The notes under the pieces are model-generated. The model was given only the letters and a program-made list of their open reading frames with translations, did not search any database and was not told the DNA's origin. A program made the position numbers and the translations under genes. 50,539 nucleotides of DNA from positions 1 through 50,539 of the IMG/VR virus record IMGVR_UViG_3300010400_000011; one strand, 5' to 3'. Source of the stretch: a virus (lineage: Duplodnaviria; Caudoviricetes). Of the stretch, positions 43,338 through 50,539 are shown one piece after another (the stretch's first letter is position 1; each line of letters starts with the position of its first letter).

Positions 43338-45463
43338 TAAGGGGCTCCGTTGATTGTTTGCATAGATGACCATCCGATTATATCAAAGGGAGTGTCGTCT
43401 ACAGAGGAAACTCTAAACTGAAGTGCTTTTCCGTGCCCTCTGACTTTTAATCTGCGGAAAGCGTTAGAGTAATTTGTATCAGTGTGTGCTATTGTTTGAT
43501 TAGAAGACCAGCGTCCAGTGCCAGAGCCTGTGATTGCATAGTCCCAAATGCCTTGAAACTTATAGGATACTTCATCAAGCAATCTAGAAAAGATCTGAAC
43601 CCAGTTACTTTGGAATTTACGGATAGCTTGACCTCTAAGCTTAAAACCTGTAATAAAGTAGCTGATGTAATTTATCCCGAAAGAGTCATAACTAAACCAA
43701 TCGCGGTAAGTATCATCTGTTCTTTCAGCGAAAGTAATCTTATAACTGCCACTGTCAGGATACGAAACTAAGTACTTGTCAAACTGCTGATCAGCATTTC
43801 CTGAGTCTGCAAATGCAATTACTTGGTTTGTACTCAAGTCTACCACATTATTACCACTGCCGTCAATAACATTGTTAACAATCACAGGACGTGTGATTAA
43901 CTCTGTTGAAAGAATACTATGGACTTTTACAAATCCATTATCTGAAATAGTCCATGGATAGAAGGCTTGAGTTCTAAGATTAAAATTCAGAACTCTGTCA
44001 TATTCATAAATATCGTTTAGATCGGTCGTAGTTGTGCTTCGATACAACCATCGGACTTGTCCATCAGTCTTATCAAAAAATCCTCTAGCAAAACGTTTAG
44101 ATGTAACAGGAATTTCATCATAGAAAGTCTTAAACGTATCCCATGTTAAAGACTTAACAACAGGCATAGTGCCAGAGTCACTTCCTTGCAGGATGTAAAT
44201 GCCTTCGGCATTCCACCAAGCAGGATATCCGTTTACGTTAACAAACGAAGTATCCGAAATAGTAGGAACATCTGCGATCTTTAGAATTGCGTAGTCATTA
44301 GCCGTAAAGCCAAGACCAGTACTTCCCGTCAAAAACCAGATTCCATTAGCTGCAAAGATAGCCAATCCGCCTGGAACAGTCTGCATATGAAATACCGTGC
44401 CTGCTTCTGGAATGCTTATAACACCCCCATCATCAGGAAGAATGTCAAACAAATCGGAAGCAGTCGGGTCATTCTGTTGGTAGCAATTTCCGTATTGAAG
44501 GCTATTCTGAATAATCTGCGTAAAGTAAATGTTAGAATTAAAACCTGCCGCATTAATGCCTGCGTAAACAGCGCGACCAGAAAAGAAAGCTACGACACTA
44601 GGTCGTTGAAAGCCGGTAGTAGTACTTACAAGACTGGCTATGCCTGAGGCAGTAGAACGGTCTTGATTAGCTAAATTAAGAACATAATGTCCATTAGGCG
44701 CTGGTGTATTACCCTGCACAACACTTGCAATAACAGCAGAAGTTGCAACAAAGTTATTACTCGAGTCGACGAAGCGCCACATCACGTCGACATTGCTTGG
44801 CATCGTTGTTTGCGCTGTATCCCATATAGTTAAATTAGCATCATTCCAGCCTTGGTTAAGAAGGTTGTAATGATGATATTTATCGAGAGCAGCTAGAGTA
44901 GAGGTAGGCCTAAAATCTATAGCATAAGGGTCGTTAACAGCTCCTTCAAAGTCTCTAATCTGAAGAGTTATGTTTGAAGCTGTTGCTGTGTGAGCTGAAA
45001 TATCATATGCTATGCGCATAGGCTCACAATAAGGATGTACAACTAATAGATAGCCATTACCATCTGTAAACTGGACTTCAACAGTCTCCGGAGTAGGTGC
45101 GCCAGCTACAGGAGTAAGTGTCACTGTAGTTGCTTGTGCTCCCGTCGAGAAAATACCCGTGCCGTCTGCTTCGTAAAAGTAAAGAGTATTGCCAATCTGA
45201 ACTATAATTACAGTAGTGTTGCCATTACCAGCTACGTTCTGCCATACATAAGTACGTATAGCTCTATTAGCACGATCTATGGTTTTAGTTGTAAAGTTAG
45301 GTTCAAAATCAAATCCAGTTCTTCGGTATACAGACCCATCTATGTCAAAGATACAATCATACGTTTCAGTCACAGCTTGGTCTGGAAAATTCATTCCAGT
45401 AGCCTCTGTGACTAAACCTTTTACAAAACTGTTTTCAATTGCAACTGTAGACTGTTGAGGCAT
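43337..45463 (-). CDS. Tail tubular protein B / nozzle
   Basis: N-terminal FVKGLVTEAT, beta-rich body, C-terminal RLKVRGHGKALQFR. Confidence 0.8.
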   Translation of the reverse strand: MPQQSTVAIENSFVKGLVTEATGMNFPDQAVTETYDCIFDIDGSVYRRTGFDFEPNFTTKTIDRANRAIRTYVWQNVAGNGNTTVIIVQIGNTLYFYEADGTGIFSTGAQATTVTLTPVAGAPTPETVEVQFTDGNGYLLVVHPYCEPMRIAYDISAHTATASNITLQIRDFEGAVNDPYAIDFRPTSTLAALDKYHHYNLLNQGWNDANLTIWDTAQTTMPSNVDVMWRFVDSSNNFVATSAVIASVVQGNTPAPNGHYVLNLANQDRSTASGIASLVSTTTGFQRPSVVAFFSGRAVYAGINAAGFNSNIYFTQIIQNSLQYGNCYQQNDPTASDLFDILPDDGGVISIPEAGTVFHMQTVPGGLAIFAANGIWFLTGSTGLGFTANDYAILKIADVPTISDTSFVNVNGYPAWWNAEGIYILQGSDSGTMPVVKSLTWDTFKTFYDEIPVTSKRFARGFFDKTDGQVRWLYRSTTTTDLNDIYEYDRVLNFNLRTQAFYPWTISDNGFVKVHSILSTELITRPVIVNNVIDGSGNNVVDLSTNQVIAFADSGNADQQFDKYLVSYPDSGSYKITFAERTDDTYRDWFSYDSFGINYISYFITGFKLRGQAIRKFQSNWVQIFSRLLDEVSYKFQGIWDYAITGSGTGRWSSNQTIAHTDTNYSNAFRRLKVRGHGKALQFRVSSVDDTPFDIIGWSSMQTINGAP

Positions 45464-46248
45464 CAGTGAATGGGCCTAGAAAAGTTAGCGAGTCTATCGA
45501 AGTTAGGCTTGTTACTGAAAACATCATCAGGAACTGAGCGGCGAGTACGCTGGAGATGTCTCCAGTTCCGTCTTGCCGATTGTTCAGCCTTTTGATGTTG
45601 AACTTGTTTTAACTCAGCCCATGCTAAAGACTTCGCTTCATTGATTAACAAAGCGAATTGCTGAGGCATAAGCTCAGGAACCCAAGAGTCACTTCGTGTG
45701 AAACTTGTAGTTTTAAAACCATAGCCTATAGTTTTAGATGACTGAAGAGTTGTATCTACCGTGTTATCGAAAGCATCGAAGAAAAGCGTAGTGTCATCAA
45801 TAGATGTGTAAAATCTAGGGCTGACATCATTTCTAAAGGTAAATCGAATAGTGTATCCGTTTACAAGATGATCGAACTGCTGAATGTAACTGTAGTTTTG
45901 GTTCCATTGATGCATGTAATCAATGAATTGATCGACAGGCAAATACTGAAGGATCTCCCAATTAGGAACCGTATCACCTAGTTTTTGAGTATTATACTTC
46001 AGCCAATCAATACGATCTATGCCATCTGGCCTAGTCATTAAGATGGGCTTAGTAGGATCAGTCGAGCCTACGAGATTGAACAGTGTTTTATTACTGTTCA
46101 AGTCTCCACGACTAATGATGTCGTCATAGACGTTCTTTACAATTTCAACGACTTGCTGAGACTCTGGAGTATCTTCGATACTGTTTATCTCATCTGAGTC
46201 CATTGATGATAGGACTGTCTGTACGATTTCTAAGAGAGTATATTTCAT
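45463..46248 (-). CDS. Tail tubular protein A / adaptor
   Basis: TLLEIVQTVLSSMDSDEINSIEDTPES N-terminus of gp11-like adaptors. Confidence 0.8.
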   Translation of the reverse strand: MKYTLLEIVQTVLSSMDSDEINSIEDTPESQQVVEIVKNVYDDIISRGDLNSNKTLFNLVGSTDPTKPILMTRPDGIDRIDWLKYNTQKLGDTVPNWEILQYLPVDQFIDYMHQWNQNYSYIQQFDHLVNGYTIRFTFRNDVSPRFYTSIDDTTLFFDAFDNTVDTTLQSSKTIGYGFKTTSFTRSDSWVPELMPQQFALLINEAKSLAWAELKQVQHQKAEQSARRNWRHLQRTRRSVPDDVFSNKPNFDRLANFSRPIH

Positions 46249-47078
46249 GGAGTTCCATAAGCTACTAATGAAGCGTTAATTGTTCGACCTGTAACAGTAG
46301 AACTATTAACAGCTGCATAATCTATGCCGTTAACGACATGGGACCAAAGGAAATCAAACTTGCCATTATTAAGCAAAACAGTGATTTCAGTAGCCGCTCT
46401 TAAATCACCTTTAGCAGACACGACGTATCGAAGTGGAGATGCTGGGATGTTAAGAATTGTTGAACCGTTTCGTTTGGTTGACCAACCAATCATATCACCA
46501 TTAGTACAAGAAGATATAATCTCCATGCTTAGAATAGCTGCACGTGCATTACTTGGAACTAAATCTGAAATATCGATAGGAACCCAAAGATTCTCATGAA
46601 AGACCTGTGTGCCTAATCCAGATGTTCCTGACCCAATTGCAAAGTCAATGACACGTCTAGACTGCCCAATGAAATCCGTGACATAATTCCATTTAGTAAT
46701 CGGAGTAGTCTCAAATGTATCTATATAGCTGACTCCGAAATCTGTCGTAGATGTCGAAGCTGTTGGTACATAAAAGGTCAGCTCACCTGAGTTAGAAATC
46801 ATAACGTTAGAAGCGTTATAAGCTTCCAACCACCAAGCTGCAGTGTGACCCCCAGACAAAGGAATAAGGAAAGGGCCATTGCCAATTCCAGTCATAGCTG
46901 CTGTTGGGGTGAAGGTACAAGTGCCTGTGCTACCCGGGTCGACTTGAGCTGGAGTAAGAGTTACATATTGTGAATTGCCATATTCAGATAGATAGAAGAC
47001 ATAGCTTGTAGCTCCTGAAACAGCTGTCCAAGTGAAGGTCGGGCTGGCGGTAGTTGATCGTCCAATAGGCGAGTACAT
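46245..47078 (-). CDS. Tail-associated beta-rich protein
   Basis: Fibronectin-like PTFTWTAVSGATSY N-terminus; located in the tail block. Confidence 0.55.
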   Translation of the reverse strand: MYSPIGRSTTASPTFTWTAVSGATSYVFYLSEYGNSQYVTLTPAQVDPGSTGTCTFTPTAAMTGIGNGPFLIPLSGGHTAAWWLEAYNASNVMISNSGELTFYVPTASTSTTDFGVSYIDTFETTPITKWNYVTDFIGQSRRVIDFAIGSGTSGLGTQVFHENLWVPIDISDLVPSNARAAILSMEIISSCTNGDMIGWSTKRNGSTILNIPASPLRYVVSAKGDLRAATEITVLLNNGKFDFLWSHVVNGIDYAAVNSSTVTGRTINASLVAYGTP

Positions 47079-47090
47079 AATTTATTCCTG

Positions 47091-49340
47091 TTAAAATTCA
47101 AAGGCACTGCAAGTAACATGAGCGGCAGATCCTGTTCCCACAGTAACAGCCAGACATATATCGAACCAGTAAGCAGTTCCGGGCGTTAATCCCGTGATAA
47201 CTCCGCCTACTGTAAATGGCACAGCATTAGCCGCTGTCGTTGGATTATACCTAATTAAACCTCCTAAAGTGGTTCCAGTAGCAGCTGCTCCGTTTGCTGG
47301 AGCCGCTCCAGTTCCATATCTAGCTTGCACATCAACAAACGCAACAGAAGAGTTTTGGCAATCACCGTGAAAAACAAGATATATTCGGGTAGAATAAGCT
47401 GGTGTAAGAGTACAAGTCGAGCCTAACCCCATCATTGCAGTTCCGGTAGTTCCTGTTGGAGATGCCGAAGTAGTTTGCAATGTCACGTTGTTTAATGCCA
47501 GCTTGATTGCATTGGTGCTATTGGTAATACCCGTTGTAAGAGTAAACGCACCTGTATTACCAGCAATAGAAGAAACACCAGCTGATGTAGCCAGTGAAGA
47601 AACGGTAGCCCGTTTCCAAGCGCCTGAAGCAGCTTGGTCTGAGATCATTACTTCATCAGTACCGGCTGGAGTAGCTTTGGAAGTCAGAGTATGAATATCT
47701 ACTGCAGTAGGAGCTGCAGAAGAACCTGTGTTATTTCCGACTAAAGTAAAGGCACCTTGAGAAGTCAAACCAGATAGAGGCAAGCCAGTAGCATTTGTAA
47801 GTGTGCCAGAAGCAGGAGTACCTAATGCACCCCCAACGAAATACGCAGCACCAGTACCAACCTCATCTGTCAAAGCAGAGCGAAGATTGGCAGAAGAAGG
47901 AGTAGCTAAGAAAGTAGCGACACCTGTGCCCAAACCAGAGACACCTGTAGATATAGGCAATCCAGTGACGTTCGTCATCGTACCTGCTGAAGGAGTACCT
48001 AAATCCGGTGTAATTAAAGCTGGCGACGTTTGTCTAACTGCGACAGCACCTGTTCCGGTTGTGCTGGTAACAGGAAAACTTGCAATCATAAATGAATTGC
48101 CAGTTCCTGCGGTATCAAATGTTTTATTTGTTAGAGTATCCGTAGTTGCTTTGCCGATCAGAGTATCGGTAGCAGCTGGAAGAGTAAGCGTTCCACTTGC
48201 AGTGGCTGAAGCGTTTAGAACAGTTGACCCGTTTGTAGTTCCTGCAACAGCTAGTTTACCGACATTACCTGCAGCTCCAAATGTCTTAACACCTGTAACT
48301 GTTTCGTTGTTACCTAAAGTCATAGCTGTGCCACTTGCGGCAGGGCCAGTAAAAGTAACGCCATTAGGAATAGTCAGCGTAGCTCCACTTGCAGGAGCAG
48401 TAATAGCAACCTTGTTAAAAGAAGGAGCAGTCATAGCTCCTGAGCTATCTATAGACAAACTGTCGTTTGTAAATAGAGCAGCAAGATTGACAGTCCCAAG
48501 GCCATGACTACCTAATGCACCAATTGAAACACCACCGTCTCCGTTGATAGAAACTTTCTCTGTGTTAGAAGTCGATCCAGGAGCAGTTGTAAAGAATCCC
48601 AACTTCGTACCATGGTCACTCCCTGTCCAATTAGCACCAGAAGGTTGAGCCGAAGCTCTAACCCTAGCACTCTTGGCGTAGGTCGTCCCATCCCATCCTT
48701 GGAAGTTTATCTGTCCCATCGTAGCTGCGCTAGCTGTAGCAGTAGGCGAAGCCTTAGTGCCACCCTGCTGTCTAAAATCTATAGCAGACGTAGCTCCATG
48801 AGAATCCATGAAAACTGTCGTAGCAAAACCATCTAATCCATCCATTTGAAACTGAGTGCCAGTTTCAGCTGGAGCCAAAGCAGTTCCGCTTAAGTTTAGA
48901 TTTAACTTGCCATTTGCACTGTCCCAAGAAAGAGGATTTGTAGTAACCTCGGACAGACCGACAACAACAGTACTATTTGGACCGTTATCTGTTATTGCAA
49001 CGGTAGGACTACCAGTTAAAACTCTTTCTGAAATAAGACTTGGATTGGTCCCCATCGTAACATAGCCTGCACCAATAACAGCACCATCTCCTACAGCAGT
49101 GGTCATATCAACAAGCTGACTATAAGTCGCAGGTTCTTGATCTGTAGTGGCATCAGGAAGATTAATAATCTTGTAATTATTCATATCAAGATTACTAAGC
49201 ATTTGATTAGGACTCGTCCCATCTCTGGAAAGAGTGTTCTCTAGCGCAACTTCAGTAGCATCGTTGTTACCTTTTAATATCGTAACAGTCGAAGATTCAT
49301 TCTGAAGATTTGTTGCATCTTGAAGAGTTAATTTAGCCAT
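47091..49340 (-). CDS. Tail fibre protein
   Basis: ENTLSRDGTSPNQM..LDMN..KIINL anchor motif and G/T/A-rich repeats (LGTPSAGTMTNVTGLP / LGTPASGTLTNATGLP). Confidence 0.8.
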   Translation of the reverse strand: MAKLTLQDATNLQNESSTVTILKGNNDATEVALENTLSRDGTSPNQMLSNLDMNNYKIINLPDATTDQEPATYSQLVDMTTAVGDGAVIGAGYVTMGTNPSLISERVLTGSPTVAITDNGPNSTVVVGLSEVTTNPLSWDSANGKLNLNLSGTALAPAETGTQFQMDGLDGFATTVFMDSHGATSAIDFRQQGGTKASPTATASAATMGQINFQGWDGTTYAKSARVRASAQPSGANWTGSDHGTKLGFFTTAPGSTSNTEKVSINGDGGVSIGALGSHGLGTVNLAALFTNDSLSIDSSGAMTAPSFNKVAITAPASGATLTIPNGVTFTGPAASGTAMTLGNNETVTGVKTFGAAGNVGKLAVAGTTNGSTVLNASATASGTLTLPAATDTLIGKATTDTLTNKTFDTAGTGNSFMIASFPVTSTTGTGAVAVRQTSPALITPDLGTPSAGTMTNVTGLPISTGVSGLGTGVATFLATPSSANLRSALTDEVGTGAAYFVGGALGTPASGTLTNATGLPLSGLTSQGAFTLVGNNTGSSAAPTAVDIHTLTSKATPAGTDEVMISDQAASGAWKRATVSSLATSAGVSSIAGNTGAFTLTTGITNSTNAIKLALNNVTLQTTSASPTGTTGTAMMGLGSTCTLTPAYSTRIYLVFHGDCQNSSVAFVDVQARYGTGAAPANGAAATGTTLGGLIRYNPTTAANAVPFTVGGVITGLTPGTAYWFDICLAVTVGTGSAAHVTCSAFEF

Positions 49341-50233
49341 TAAGTTTTAACGCAAGTTAGAAAGACGATAGACAACGGTCTTGTTTCAGTACTGCCTGTA
49401 GCTGCAGCCGTACCTGTTACAGCATGACTGTGAGCACCACCAGCAGCATTTGTAATAGTAATTCCGGTGGAAGATCCACCGATAGCAAGAGGAGCCGTAG
49501 TCGTTCCGCTATTATTACCGCCGATAGCAGCAACACTAGAAATATTGAAGTTACTACCTTGAATGTTTACAGTACCCGAGTGGTTATGTGTCGGATCATT
49601 CAAAGTATTAGCATGCGTATGTGTAGCACTTGTATCTGTAGTACCAGAAACCGTATGTGTATGTGAAGCAAAAGTATCTGCTTGGACTTGTCCTACAGCA
49701 GTAGACGATGTTCTAGAACGTCTATAACGTCCAGAAGTGCTTAGATCAGGAAGTTTAATGGTTCCTGTATTCAACAGCCAAGGAGATACCGCGAAAGAAG
49801 ATGAACCCGAGGAAGTTGCATTATTTGAAATTGTTATTTGAGTCGGAGAGTCCACTGTTAGAATGGTACTTCCGGAAGTAATCCCGGTTCCAAACACATA
49901 GAACCCAGCTTTAAAATTAGTTGTAGATGGGATACTCGTAATGATAGGACTGCCGTTTGTACGGGTGCCTGAAGTCTGCATAGCCATAACGCCATACAAA
50001 GCCGAGTACGTACTAGTGCTTATGACAGAGCCATCTAGCTCAAGCCAACCTGTTGGAGCAATAGGTGTTGGAAAGTCCGCAATCATTCCGGTGAAAGATG
50101 AAGTACCTACGCTAGACCAAGTGCCACTTCCTGCGCCATTGCTGACGTAGACAGTGCCTAGTGCAGCGGTATCAGCACCCTTAGGTTCGTGTAGATTAGA
50201 GCCTGTCAAAGAGGCATGTGAAACGTTAGCCAT
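49340..50233 (-). CDS. Tail collar-domain fibre protein
   Basis: GMIADF..APTGWLELDGS..YSALY collar motif, HTH repeats and ETRPLSI C-terminus. Confidence 0.8.
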   Translation of the reverse strand: MANVSHASLTGSNLHEPKGADTAALGTVYVSNGAGSGTWSSVGTSSFTGMIADFPTPIAPTGWLELDGSVISTSTYSALYGVMAMQTSGTRTNGSPIITSIPSTTNFKAGFYVFGTGITSGSTILTVDSPTQITISNNATSSGSSSFAVSPWLLNTGTIKLPDLSTSGRYRRSRTSSTAVGQVQADTFASHTHTVSGTTDTSATHTHANTLNDPTHNHSGTVNIQGSNFNISSVAAIGGNNSGTTTAPLAIGGSSTGITITNAAGGAHSHAVTGTAAATGSTETRPLSIVFLTCVKT

Positions 50234-50248
50234 GAAAATCCTTTAAAG

Positions 50249-50270
50249 AAAGGGGGCCGAAGCCCCCTTT
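50249..50270 (-). terminator. Rho-independent terminator after the capsid genes
   Basis: Minus strand AAAGGGGGC-TTCG-GCCCCCTTT followed by CTTT. Confidence 0.8.
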
Positions 50271-50274
50271 AGCC

Positions 50275-50539
50275 TTACGGCCTGTAGTAACGGATACGAA
50301 TCTTAATAGTACCAGCAGTGAAGTTGGCAGTATTAACACGCGCCGTGATGTGATTCACGTTAGCCGTAGTCGTACCGATCAGAGAACCAGCGAAAGTTCC
50401 ACCAGCGGTAATCACAGCTTTTTCACCAGTGGTCATAGAGGCCACGGTTTTAGCTGCGATAAGTCCGTTTGCAGAAGTAACGGTAGTCCGATCAGTCCGC
50501 ATAAGACCGATATCCAAAGTCGCCGTTGCGCCTGCACCA
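50275..50539 (-). CDS. Capsid-associated protein, 3' part (joins 1-353)
   Basis: Same frame across the 123-bp overlap. Confidence 0.7.
   Translation of the reverse strand, partial: GAGATATLDIGLMRTDRTTVTSANGLIAAKTVASMTTGEKAVITAGGTFAGSLIGTTTANVNHITARVNTANFTAGTIKIRIRYYRP
50417..50539. repeat. Terminal direct repeat / circular assembly overlap, copy 2
   Basis: Identical to 1-123. Confidence 0.95.

Noticed and set aside
47803-48507. Long antisense ORFs (also 10199-10804, 12510-13190, 15705-16274)
   Set aside because: Shadow frames of codon-biased real genes on the opposite strand

Overview
This window looks like a complete, circularly permuted ~50.4-kb lytic podovirus genome. Bases 1-123 equal 50417-50539, and a capsid-associated gene reads through the junction. 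The layout resembles Zobellviridae/cobaviruses: a minus-strand morphogenesis arm (terminase, portal, scaffold, capsid, tail fibres, tail tubular A/B, lysis genes, GNAT, internal virion proteins, LPD23) and a plus-strand early/replication arm (NYN RNase, degenerate GATase-II and GGCT pair, T7-like primase-helicase, gp0.7-like kinase, family A DNA polymerase, SSB, PD-(D/E)XK exonuclease, endonuclease VII). The arms converge on a bidirectional terminator at ~31050. I recognised no RNA polymerase or integrase, and sigma70-type promoters are present. An alphaproteobacterial host is inferred, not shown. The most unusual feature is a ~2.67-kb stretch without a credible gene (24534-27204) between SSB and the exonuclease block. 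It is packed with hairpins and multi-branch domains, including tRNA-like elements, isolated anticodon-like stem-loops and a miniature RNase P-core-like motif, and is a candidate giant ncRNA or array of RNA mimics/decoys. All protein calls are from motif recognition by eye and all RNA structures were paired manually; no searches or folding programs were run.
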